A DNA stretch of 64,000 bases from positions 32,566 to 96,565 of the forward strand of contig CBEVQY010000004.1 of NCBI GenBank assembly GCA_965552135.1, written 5' to 3'. Position numbers and translations under genes: made by a program. Below are positions 1 through 8,993 of this stretch, piece by piece (position 1 is the stretch's first letter; every line of letters begins with the position of its first letter). The DNA comes from an uncultured bacterium (GTDB lineage Bacteria; UBP14; UBA6098; B30-G16). The notes beneath the pieces were generated by a model that made no database searches, was not told where the DNA came from, and saw nothing but the letters and a program-made list of their open reading frames with translations.

Positions 1-1744
1 AACCCGTCAGGGTGAAGGCATCGGCGAAGATGCTTTCGGCGGCGCTCGCAACGTAATACCCACCGCTTGCAGCGTCCGACCCCATCGAAACCCAAACGGG
101 CTTATCCTTGGCAACCCTGCGAACGCAGTTCCATATCACATCGGATGCGAACGCAGAACCCCCCGGCGAGTCGATGCGAAGGATGATCCCCTTAACGCTT
201 TTGTCCTTTCGAGCCCTCTCGAGCAGCCTGCACACCGTCTCGTCGCCCGCAAGGCGCCCCATAAAGAGGCTGGGAGCCGAAGAACTCCCGTGCACGATCC
301 CCCCCTCGATGGGGATGACGGCTATAGTCGGCGGTTCAGCCCAGCTTTCGTCGACCTCGCGTCGAACGTCCAGATACTCGCTCAAACCCACGGCGTCGTC
401 CCAGCCCGAAAGCTTTTTGAACTCTTCCCACGTCACAACCGTGTCTATCATGCCCGCGCTTTTTGCCATCCGAGCCGTGTGAGGCGCATCGGCGAGCCAA
501 CGCCTCACCCTGTCGACCGAAACGCCCCTGCCCTCCGCAACCGCATCGACAACCATCGTGTCGACATACGAGAGGATCCGCGTGATCTCATCGCGCATCT
601 GGGGGCTCATGGAGTCCGCCGTAAACGGCTCGTAGGCGAGCTTATACTTCCCAACGTGAACCCAATCGAACCTCACGCCGAGCCTGTCCGCAAGCCCTTT
701 GTAGTAAGTCAGCTCAGCCCCAATGCCCGTAAAGAGCACGTCGCCTGCGGGGGGCATGCAAATCGTGTCGGCGACGGAGTTCATGTAAAGCCCGCCGTTG
801 CCAAGCTCGTTGGCGAAGGTGATCACCCTCCCCCCGCGGCGGCGAAAGTCCGCAAGAATGGACCTTATCTCCTCCCGCTGCGCAAAGCTTAGGCGACAGC
901 CATCCTGCTTTACTATGATTCGCTTCACCGACGGGTCTTCGGCGGCTTTTGCGAGCGCATCGGCAAACTCCGAAAAGCTTTTTCCGCCCCAAAACGGCGG
1001 TGACTCCGCAAGGCTGCCCTCCAAAACGACCTTAACGCTTTTCACCCTCGCCGGCAGAAGCGACGCAAACCTCCTCGACGAGACGACGGCTGTGGCGAAG
1101 GGTTCCTCGAGGTCGTCGTCTGCGCCGCAGATGAGGGCAATGCGCCCGAAGTTAAGTCTTGCGCCAAACCAGACGGTGCGGCTCCCATCGTCGTAGCCCC
1201 CAAAGAGCCTGAGCCCCCTGACCGGCTTGACCTCGCCGCCAAAGCAGCCGCCGATATAGTCGAGGTCCTTTTGGAACCTGAAGTCAGACCAAAGCGTTAT
1301 CGCCTCGGTTGCGGGTCTTAGCGCAAAGCCAACCCTTATGGGGTCTCCAAACCGCTCGGAGTACGTTGCACCCCAAGCTATCCACCGCGCCGGTCTCGAA
1401 AGGAACCCCAAACGCCAGCCGCTCGACTTATCGCCGTCGGTCCAGACCGTCCTGGCGATGTAGCCAACGCCAATCTCCCTGCTGCCCAAACCGATCCCGC
1501 GGAGGAGGGAGTACCAGCCATCTCCCGCCTGCGCCCCTGCCATTGCAAAGGGCGCGGAAAGGACGCACACACCTTCCGCGCTCTGGCGCCCCTGGGCGCT
1601 TGCGGCGAAGAAAAGATCACGTATCACCCCCAAATACGCAGGGTTGGCGATGCCGGAGATGGGATCGTCGGGGTAAGCCACGGAGTAAAACCCCTGCGCG
1701 AGCACAAGCGCCGAAAGCAAAGCCACAAAGAAAGCTGCCCTCAT
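1..1744 (-). CDS. sppA: Signal peptide peptidase SppA (protease IV, S49) with N-terminal beta-strand-rich extension; 3' end outside window
   Basis: Not in ORF track because it runs off the edge. Manual translation from ATG 1744 (SD GGGAGGGAG): MRAAFFVALLSALVLAQ..., GKYKLAYEPF, ILRIDSPGGSAFASDVIW, SMGSDAASGGYYVASAAESIFADAFTLTG; the N- and C-terminal motifs are in one frame. Confidence 0.9.
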   Translation of the reverse strand, partial: MRAAFFVALLSALVLAQGFYSVAYPDDPISGIANPAYLGVIRDLFFAASAQGRQSAEGVCVLSAPFAMAGAQAGDGWYSLLRGIGLGSREIGVGYIARTVWTDGDKSSGWRLGFLSRPARWIAWGATYSERFGDPIRVGFALRPATEAITLWSDFRFQKDLDYIGGCFGGEVKPVRGLRLFGGYDDGSRTVWFGARLNFGRIALICGADDDLEEPFATAVVSSRRFASLLPARVKSVKVVLEGSLAESPPFWGGKSFSEFADALAKAAEDPSVKRIIVKQDGCRLSFAQREEIRSILADFRRRGGRVITFANELGNGGLYMNSVADTICMPPAGDVLFTGIGAELTYYKGLADRLGVRFDWVHVGKYKLAYEPFTADSMSPQMRDEITRILSYVDTMVVDAVAEGRGVSVDRVRRWLADAPHTARMAKSAGMIDTVVTWEEFKKLSGWDDAVGLSEYLDVRREVDESWAEPPTIAVIPIEGGIVHGSSSAPSLFMGRLAGDETVCRLLERARKDKSVKGIILRIDSPGGSAFASDVIWNCVRRVAKDKPVWVSMGSDAASGGYYVASAAESIFADAFTLTG

Positions 1745-1851
1745 AGCTCCCTCCCGATGGCTGCAACGATAAAAGTTAAGTCGTCGCCATCGATGCGCAA
1801 GCTCGGTTCGAACCGCTTGCAAAAGCCAAAACACAGCCTAAAGTAGAGACG

Positions 1852-2835
1852 ATGACACACCCTTTCCTAAAAGGTCTTTCGCGCCCTGCGGTAATCTCGG
1901 CGCCGATGGCGGGGTACACAAACAGCACGTATCGACTTTTCGCCCTCAGGCTCGGCGCCGACTTCGCGTACACCGAGATGGTTTCGGCAGAGGGACTTCT
2001 GGCTTCGACGAAGCTTACCGTAAAAAAGCTTTTGGACGACGAGGACTGGGGGCACGTCGTCCTTCAGCTGTTCAGCGGCAACGCGACGGCTGTGGAGAAA
2101 GCCGCCCATCTTGCCGCAGAGCTTGGCTTTAGGGCACTCGACGTAAACATGGGCTGTCCTGTGCGCAAAGTCGTCCGTCGCGGCGCAGGAGCCGCCCTCC
2201 TGAGGGACAGACAAAAGGCAAAAGACGTGGTCAAAGCGGCGCTGCAGGCGGGACTGCCCGTATCCGTCAAGGTGAGGTCCGGGTTCGAGTCGAACGACGA
2301 GTGGCCGCAGGTCCTCGAGCTTTTGCTCGCGCTCGAGGAGCTTGGCGTCTGCGCTGTTGCGATACATCCCCGCTGCGCGAAGCAGATGTACTCGGGCAGC
2401 GCAAGCTGGGAGCTTGTGGCGGAGGCTGTGAGAGCGCTTAGGGTCCCCGTCTTCGGCTCCGGCGACGTCCTCAGCGCCGCCTGCGCAAAAAAGCTTTTGG
2501 ACGAAACCGGCGCCGCAGGGGTTATGCTGGCGCGGGGCGCGATCGGCAACTTCCCGATATTCGAGCAAACCAGGGCGATCCTTGTGGGGGAGGAACCCAA
2601 AGCCGCAAGCTTCGGCAAAAGGGCGCGGATCATGCTCGAGTTTATCGCCGCCGAGGCAAGGAGGGTGGGCGAGCGCGTTGCGGTCGAGTGGAGCAAGAAG
2701 TTTCTCGTAAAGCTCATAAAGGGCATGCCCGGCGCGAGGGCGCTGCGCGGCGCGCTCGCATACGTCCACTCCATTAAAGACGTAAAAGAGCTTCTCGACC
2801 AAGTCGCCTCGGGCAAAACAATCGAGGAGGGATAA
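1852..2835 (+). CDS. dusB: tRNA-dihydrouridine synthase (DusB-like)
   Basis: APMAGYT, TEMVSA, DVNMGCPVRKV, GAGAALL, PVSVKVRSG, GVMLARGAIGN. Confidence 0.92.
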   Translation: MTHPFLKGLSRPAVISAPMAGYTNSTYRLFALRLGADFAYTEMVSAEGLLASTKLTVKKLLDDEDWGHVVLQLFSGNATAVEKAAHLAAELGFRALDVNMGCPVRKVVRRGAGAALLRDRQKAKDVVKAALQAGLPVSVKVRSGFESNDEWPQVLELLLALEELGVCAVAIHPRCAKQMYSGSASWELVAEAVRALRVPVFGSGDVLSAACAKKLLDETGAAGVMLARGAIGNFPIFEQTRAILVGEEPKAASFGKRARIMLEFIAAEARRVGERVAVEWSKKFLVKLIKGMPGARALRGALAYVHSIKDVKELLDQVASGKTIEEG

Positions 2836-2837
2836 AG

Positions 2838-3251
2838 GTGCCTTTGGGCTTTTCGGAGATCTTCTGTCACATCGTTTGGCGCACAGAGCCTCTTTCGCCG
2901 CGCCTGTCAGTCCCCGTGCGTCGTCTGGTCAAGCAGTTTCTGCTGGGCGCAGGCGAGAAGCTGGGATATGAGCCCATCGCCGTCGCAGCGCTCGAGGATC
3001 ACGTACACCTCCTGGCGAAGATCCTCCCCGGCGTTGCCCCCGGGCTTTTGGCGGAGACGCTTAAGAAGGAGCTTTCCGACTATCTCGTGGAAAAGCTTGC
3101 GCTCACACCTGCGCCGCAGTGGGACGAGGGATATGGGATAGTTTCGGTAAGCCCCGCCCACACGGAGATAGTTGCCCGCTACGTCCGCGGGCAGGAGGCT
3201 TTTCACAAAACCGGCCACACAAACAAAACCCTCGAGCGGACGAGGGAGTGA
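2838..3251 (+). CDS. IS200/IS605-family Y1 (HUH) transposase-like protein
   Basis: HIVWRT, HUH motif EDHVHLL, W..GYG..SVS, catalytic Tyr in RYVRGQE; SD inside dusB 3' end. Confidence 0.75.
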   Translation: MPLGFSEIFCHIVWRTEPLSPRLSVPVRRLVKQFLLGAGEKLGYEPIAVAALEDHVHLLAKILPGVAPGLLAETLKKELSDYLVEKLALTPAPQWDEGYGIVSVSPAHTEIVARYVRGQEAFHKTGHTNKTLERTRE

Positions 3252-3253
3252 GG

Positions 3254-4249
3254 TCAGCATATCCGCGGGAGCTGCTCTCCCTCAAGCATAATAAGCTTTC
3301 GCCTTCCGCCCGTTCTCGTCACGAGCACGACTCCCTCGCCATCGCTCACCCTGCCCACCACCGCGGCAAGCTTCCCGAGCGTGGTTTTCGAAAGCGCTTC
3401 AACGAGCCTTTCGCCGTCGCCGCCGCGCACAAAGAAAAGCATCTTACCCTCGTTGGCAAGATACAGCGGATCGAACCCGTATATGTCGCAAAGCGCGGCA
3501 ACCTGCGGATCCACAGGGATCCTCTCCTCCCAAAGCTCTATCATCACGCCGCGCTTTTGGGCGATCTCGACGGCGATCGTCGCCAATCCGCCCCGCGTGG
3601 GGTCGCGCATGGCGTGAAGGTCCACCCCGGCATCCAAAGCCGCCTCCACAAGCTCCCAAAGCGGGGCGCAGTCCGAAAGAAGCGGGGGTGAGGTTTCGAT
3701 GCCCTCCCGCGCGGCAAGTATTGCGGCAGCGTGTCGTGCGATGTCGCCCGAGAGAACGACTTCGTCTCCGGGCTCGATGCGCGAGACGGAAACGTCCGCC
3801 ACAACCTCGCCGACCCCGGCGACGGAGATGTAGACTCCGCCGCCTTGCCCCTTGGGCACGACCTTTGTGTCGGCGGCGACGAGCTCGGCGCCAACGCCGC
3901 GCAAAACGCCGCTAAAGCTCTCCACTATCCCCTCAAGGCGCTCCGTGGGGAAGCCCTCCTCCAGCACGAACGCCGCGGCAATCCACCTGGGCTTTGCAGC
4001 CATCGCCGCAAGGTCGTTTACGGTGCCGCAGGCGGCAAGCTTGCCTATGTCGCCACCCGGGAAGAAGACGGGATCGACCACAAAAGCATCGGTCGTAAGC
4101 GCAAGCTTTTTGCCCAAAAGCTCAAGCACCGCGGCGTCCTCCTGGCGCCTTATGCGCTCGCCGTCGATGCGGGGCAGAAAGACACCCTCGATCAGCCGAC
4201 GCGTAGCAAGCCCACCCTCGCCGTGCACCAAAATCACCTTCTCATCCAT
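3254..4249 (-). CDS. hypE: Hydrogenase maturation protein HypE
   Basis: HGEGG, FPGGDIGKLAACGTVNDLA, DTKVV, MRDPTRGG, LANEGK, C-terminal LPRIC; start ATG 4249 overlaps upstream GT stop. Confidence 0.95.
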   Translation of the reverse strand: MDEKVILVHGEGGLATRRLIEGVFLPRIDGERIRRQEDAAVLELLGKKLALTTDAFVVDPVFFPGGDIGKLAACGTVNDLAAMAAKPRWIAAAFVLEEGFPTERLEGIVESFSGVLRGVGAELVAADTKVVPKGQGGGVYISVAGVGEVVADVSVSRIEPGDEVVLSGDIARHAAAILAAREGIETSPPLLSDCAPLWELVEAALDAGVDLHAMRDPTRGGLATIAVEIAQKRGVMIELWEERIPVDPQVAALCDIYGFDPLYLANEGKMLFFVRGGDGERLVEALSKTTLGKLAAVVGRVSDGEGVVLVTRTGGRRKLIMLEGEQLPRIC

Positions 4250-5438
4250 CGCCGACCTCCAACGCCTTGCGTAAGGTTTCGACAAGCCTTCTTGCCGCAT
4301 CCTCCCACGTGAACCCCTGCGCCCTAAGCCTGCCTGCGCGCGAGAGCCTGCGCCTGAGGGATTCATTCTCCGCAAGCGCCGCGATTGCATCGGCGATGGC
4401 GTCCACGTCGTAGGGGTCGACGAGGAGGGCGGCGTCGCCGACGACCTCGGGCAACGCCGAGCAGTTCGACGTCAAAACGGGGCAGCCGGATGCCATCGCC
4501 TCCAAAGCGGGAAGACCAAAGCCCTCGTAGAGGGTCGGGAAGAGCAGGAACTGCGCTGCCCTGTACAGCGCCGGCAGGTCACTGTCGTCGACGAAGCCCA
4601 AAAAGCGCACGCGACCCTCAAGCCCAAGCTCGGATATCTTCTCGGTCAGCGACACGAAGTCGGGGTGGCTTTTGTTTACGCTTCCCGCGATGACGATCTC
4701 CGGCACGTCCGCCTTCCTGCGCGCCTTTGCATACGCCTCGAGGGCGCGGATAAGGTTTTTGCGCGGGTCTATGCCGCCAACGTAGAGGATGAACCTTTCG
4801 GGCAGGGCGAGCTTTTTGCGCAAAGCCTCGGCAGCCAAGCCATCTGCGGCAAAAAAGCCCCGACCAACGCCCAGCGGAATAACGTCCACGCGGGAGGGGG
4901 GATACCCCGTAAACCTCACCCAGTCGTCCTTCACGGCGCGCGAGCTTGTGATGATGCGCGAAGCACAGGCGGTGTAGCGCAGCTTGCGATGCATAAGAAA
5001 CCTCTTGAGCCTCCCGTACCTCGCCTCGTCGAAATACTGCCTCGGGAAGACAAAGGGTATGAGGTCATACACCCAAACGACCGTAGGGAACGCCCTGAAG
5101 GGCTTTCCGGGGAACCACACTTCGGCAAAGGTTGTAAGCAGGGCAATGTCGACGCCCCGCCTGTGAAAGATCCCTTCCACCCGCGCGCCGTCGAAAAGCC
5201 AGAGATAAAAAAGCGAGCGCTTCCTCCTGAAGAAGGGGACGGTTATGTGCAGCCTCTCGAAGTTCGGCGGGTAGTCTACTTCGTCGTCCGATGCGGGGAA
5301 GCCCTTTGCGTAAAGCAGGACGTATGTGTTTTCCGAGTCGACTGCAGCAAGCGCCCGCATAAGCTCGCGCCAGTGCGCACCTATCCCCCTGTGAAGGGAG
5401 TAGGTCTGAACGCCCCGCATGTCTATACCAACCCTCAT
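4242..5438 (-). CDS. Glycosyltransferase family 4
   Basis: MRVGIDMR start, RGIG, LYVGGIDPRKN, EGFGLPALEAMASG. Confidence 0.93.
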   Translation of the reverse strand: MRVGIDMRGVQTYSLHRGIGAHWRELMRALAAVDSENTYVLLYAKGFPASDDEVDYPPNFERLHITVPFFRRKRSLFYLWLFDGARVEGIFHRRGVDIALLTTFAEVWFPGKPFRAFPTVVWVYDLIPFVFPRQYFDEARYGRLKRFLMHRKLRYTACASRIITSSRAVKDDWVRFTGYPPSRVDVIPLGVGRGFFAADGLAAEALRKKLALPERFILYVGGIDPRKNLIRALEAYAKARRKADVPEIVIAGSVNKSHPDFVSLTEKISELGLEGRVRFLGFVDDSDLPALYRAAQFLLFPTLYEGFGLPALEAMASGCPVLTSNCSALPEVVGDAALLVDPYDVDAIADAIAALAENESLRRRLSRAGRLRAQGFTWEDAARRLVETLRKALEVGDG

Positions 5439-5440
5439 CG

Positions 5441-6538
5441 CTAAAGCTCGATCCCAAGCCTTCTTTTCACCACGTCGACGAACTTTGTGTACATCGTCTC
5501 GGCGTCGAACTTGGTTGCATGCTCCCTCCCGCGGCGGGAGAGGATCTCGGCAAGCCTTTCGGACTCCAAAAGGTGTTTTAGCGCGGCTACCCACTTCTCG
5601 GGGTTTTCGAATTCATCCACGAGCAGTCCAGCGTCGCCGACTGCCTCGGGCAGCCCGCCGGTTCGGCTTGCCACAACGGGTATGCCGTTCGCCTGAGCCT
5701 CAATAACGGTCCTTCCAAAAGATTCATCCATAAGCGAGGGCACAACCACGATCTTCGCCACGGCGTAGACCTCGCGCATATCGTCGGTCCAGGGCTGCCA
5801 GCGGACGTTTTCAGGCGCATACCTCATAAGCCCGTCGGGGTCGCGACCGACGGCAAGGAAAGGGTGCTCGGGCATACGCCGCGCAACATCCAGAAAAAGC
5901 AGAAAACCCTTGTGGGGCATAAAGCTTCCTGAGATGTAGGTGATGTACTCGGGTCTTCGGCTCTGGCAGATAAACTCCGAAAGCTCAACGAAGGGATACA
6001 CAACCTCCGCCTCAACCCCCAGCCACGCGAGCCTTGCGGAGACGAACTCGCTGTTCGCAATGACGAGATCAGCCCTGCGCAGCTGCCTTTTTATGACCCT
6101 CCCTATAGCGCGCTCGATGGCGTAGTTTAGCATGCCCTTTGGGCTGCGGCTATCCTTATGGACAAAGAAAGTTAGGTACTCGAGGTCCCTCACGAAGGCT
6201 ATTGTGGCGGCGCCGGGGATCTCGCACCACGGTATGGGCGGCTTTTGGGTGATGACAAGCTCGGGATCATACTCCGAAATCAACCTGCGCAACACCCTCC
6301 GGGAAAGCCTGTGGTTCAAAAGAAACTTGAGCTTCTTCGGCACGCAGAGCCTCTTAAGCCAGGCTGGCATCGTCCAGTTCACCAGCACAAGGTCGGCGCC
6401 TCTGTCGACGGGACTTTGGGCGTAATTGAAGATAAGCACGGAGTGCTTTCGCGAAAGCCTGCGCACAAGGGAGAGCATCGACCTCTCCGCACCACCGCCC
6501 ACTTCAACAAGCCGCCTGCCTGTGATAAGTATCCTCAT
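5441..6538 (-). CDS. Glycosyltransferase family 4
   Basis: GGGAERS, HKG, ESFGRTVIEAQANGIPVVASRTGGLPE. Confidence 0.92.
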   Translation of the reverse strand: MRILITGRRLVEVGGGAERSMLSLVRRLSRKHSVLIFNYAQSPVDRGADLVLVNWTMPAWLKRLCVPKKLKFLLNHRLSRRVLRRLISEYDPELVITQKPPIPWCEIPGAATIAFVRDLEYLTFFVHKDSRSPKGMLNYAIERAIGRVIKRQLRRADLVIANSEFVSARLAWLGVEAEVVYPFVELSEFICQSRRPEYITYISGSFMPHKGFLLFLDVARRMPEHPFLAVGRDPDGLMRYAPENVRWQPWTDDMREVYAVAKIVVVPSLMDESFGRTVIEAQANGIPVVASRTGGLPEAVGDAGLLVDEFENPEKWVAALKHLLESERLAEILSRRGREHATKFDAETMYTKFVDVVKRRLGIEL

Positions 6539-8031
6539 ATCCGCTGCGTTCCCTCCGGGCTGGGTTTCGCCCTCGCCGCGTCCCAAACGGACCTAAGAAG
6601 CGAAAGCATTCCGCACCGAAAGGCTTTGTCTGCGATGTATGTGGCTGCAGCGTAAGCTGCTGCGCCAGCCGCCGCGCCGAAAACCAACGCCAGCAAAGCG
6701 CCCCCAAACACCGACTTCGCGAAAACCACAAACGCAGTCATTACCAGACCACACATAAGCGGGCAGCCCAGGATGCGCAAAAGCTTTTTGGGTTCGATTC
6801 CCGCCTCCTGCGCCGCCCTACCGACGAAGAAGGGGGTTACCACAAGGATTCCGAAAAGCACCGACAGAGCCGTCCCCAGGATGCCGAGCCGCTTCGTGAG
6901 CGGATATATAAAAACCGCCATCGCGATGAACCTCAAAAGCTGCAGCGCCGTGTCGGTGCGGGGTTTTCCGACGGCGTAGAAGAGCTCTCCCGCCGTTGCG
7001 GCAACTGCCCGCGCAAAGCCAGCCAAAGCTAAAACCGAAAGCGCAGGCGCGATCTCAACCCACTTCTCGCCCAAAAGCACAAGCACAAGCTCCCGCGACA
7101 AGAAGACCAAAACAACGGTAATGGGCACAGCTGCAAAGGAAACGAGCCTGATCACGCCGGCGTATGCCTCCCCCAAACGCAGCCTGTCGTCCTGGATGCG
7201 GGAGTAGAGGGGAAACGAAACCTTGGAGATCACACGGGTTATCTCCGTCAGAGCTAAAGTCGATATCCTGTAGGCTACCTGATAGAGCCCCAGGGCGTAG
7301 ACGCCAAGCATCTTCCCGACGAGGATGTCGTCGCCCTGCGTGATCAGGAAAACGAGGACGCCGCTTGCGAAGACCCACTTCCCGAACCCAAAAAGCTTTT
7401 TTATCTTGCGCGACTCGAGCTTTATCCTCGGTCGCACGGGCGAAAGCACAAAACTTGCGACAAGCTTTGCGACGTTCCCAGCTACGTAACCTGCCGCAAG
7501 CGCCCACACCGACCTCAGCAAGAAGGCGCACGATATCGAAACCAAAAAGTCTGCGGCAACACCGGAAAACTCGTAGACAAACTGCCTTTTGAAGTCCAGG
7601 AGCCTTTGGAAGTATACCACGCCGATGTTGTTTGCGCCCTGGAGGACCAACGCGGCGCCGACGGCGATGACGACGGGCGCAGCTTCGGGCTTGTTGAAGA
7701 AGGTGGCGACGTACGGCGCCGCGAAAACCACCGCCGCAAAAAGCAAAACGCCCCGCGCAAACAAAGCCGTCCACGCCGAATCGAGGAAGCGCTCGATGTC
7801 ACCCTTCTCCTGAATGAGCTTTTCGGCAAAGCCCGTTTTGGAGAACACGTCGATGACGGAGAGGAAAAGCAGTGCAACGCCCATAAGCCCGAAATCTTCG
7901 GGCAGAAGGAGCCTTGCGAGGATCACCATCCTCACAAACGACAGGGCGCGGCTTGCAGCCTGTATGAGGAAAGCCCACACGCCGCTTTTTGCGGCGCGAA
8001 CCTTCAAGGGGGTTTCGGCAGCCGGCGTCAT
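6535..8031 (-). CDS. Polysaccharide flippase (Wzx/WzxC-like, MOP superfamily)
   Basis: ILARLLLPEDFGL motif, many hydrophobic TM segments, LGLYQVAY. Confidence 0.9.
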   Translation of the reverse strand: MTPAAETPLKVRAAKSGVWAFLIQAASRALSFVRMVILARLLLPEDFGLMGVALLFLSVIDVFSKTGFAEKLIQEKGDIERFLDSAWTALFARGVLLFAAVVFAAPYVATFFNKPEAAPVVIAVGAALVLQGANNIGVVYFQRLLDFKRQFVYEFSGVAADFLVSISCAFLLRSVWALAAGYVAGNVAKLVASFVLSPVRPRIKLESRKIKKLFGFGKWVFASGVLVFLITQGDDILVGKMLGVYALGLYQVAYRISTLALTEITRVISKVSFPLYSRIQDDRLRLGEAYAGVIRLVSFAAVPITVVLVFLSRELVLVLLGEKWVEIAPALSVLALAGFARAVAATAGELFYAVGKPRTDTALQLLRFIAMAVFIYPLTKRLGILGTALSVLFGILVVTPFFVGRAAQEAGIEPKKLLRILGCPLMCGLVMTAFVVFAKSVFGGALLALVFGAAAGAAAYAAATYIADKAFRCGMLSLLRSVWDAARAKPSPEGTQRI

Positions 8032-8981
8032 ACGATCTTCCTCTGCAGGATGTCGTGCATGTGGATGAACCCGACAAGCTTTTCGCCATCAACCACGACG
8101 AGGGAGGTTATCTTGTTCTGCTCCATGAGACTGAGCGCCTCCTCCGCGAGGGCGTTTGGTGAGATCGTTTTGGGCTTTGGCGTGGCGAAATCGGTTGCGG
8201 GCTTTTCGAGGGGGTTTGGGTCGCGCTGGATGGCGCGCCTGACATCGCCGTCGGTGATTATCCCGACGATGCGCTCGCCGTCGACTATAAGCGTCGTCCC
8301 AAGACGCTTGCGCGTTATCTCCACTATGGCGTCCCTAAGCGTTGCGCTGGGGGGGACGATGGGGATCTCCTCGCCCGTGTGCATGAGGTCCCGCACCTTC
8401 ATAAGCCTCTGCCCGATCGCGCCGCCGGGATGGAACTCGCGGAACTGCTCCTTGGTGAGACCCTGCATCTTCACAAGCGCTGCAGCCACTGCATCGCCCA
8501 CGGCGATCGAGGCGACAACGGAGGTCGTCGGTATTATGCCCAAAGGCTCGCCCTCTTCGGCAGTTGGGAGCACAACGGTGATGTCGGCTTCGCGCGCCAG
8601 GGGCGAGTTTGCATCGGCGGTTATGGCGACCACGGGCAAACCCCAGCGCTTGAAGAAAGCCAAAAGCGCGCCAAGCTCCTCGGTTCTGCCGCTTTTGGAG
8701 ACGCACAAAGCCACGTCGTCCGCCGATATGATCCCAAGCTCGCCGTGGAGCGCCTCGGTTGGGTGGAGGAATATCGCCGGCGCACCTATGGAGGTCAGCG
8801 TTCCCGCGATCTTGCGCGCAGCTATGCCCGACTTGCCTATGCCCGTCACGATTATCCTGCCCCTGCACGCCGCGCAAAGCGACGCAACCTCAATTATCGC
8901 GTCGATCTGCGACGTAAGCCCAACCAGAGCCTGCGCCTCGTGCTCCAAAAGCCTTTTTATCACGTCCCTCAGCATGTTCAC
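8028..8981 (-). CDS. kdsD: Arabinose-5-phosphate isomerase (KpsF/GutQ/KdsD), SIS + CBS
   Basis: TGIGKSG, LHPTEALHGELG, SKSGRT, FHPGGAIG, C-terminal CBS pair. Confidence 0.93.
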   Translation of the reverse strand: MNMLRDVIKRLLEHEAQALVGLTSQIDAIIEVASLCAACRGRIIVTGIGKSGIAARKIAGTLTSIGAPAIFLHPTEALHGELGIISADDVALCVSKSGRTEELGALLAFFKRWGLPVVAITADANSPLAREADITVVLPTAEEGEPLGIIPTTSVVASIAVGDAVAAALVKMQGLTKEQFREFHPGGAIGQRLMKVRDLMHTGEEIPIVPPSATLRDAIVEITRKRLGTTLIVDGERIVGIITDGDVRRAIQRDPNPLEKPATDFATPKPKTISPNALAEEALSLMEQNKITSLVVVDGEKLVGFIHMHDILQRKIV

Positions 8982-8993
8982 ACCCCGCTTTGG

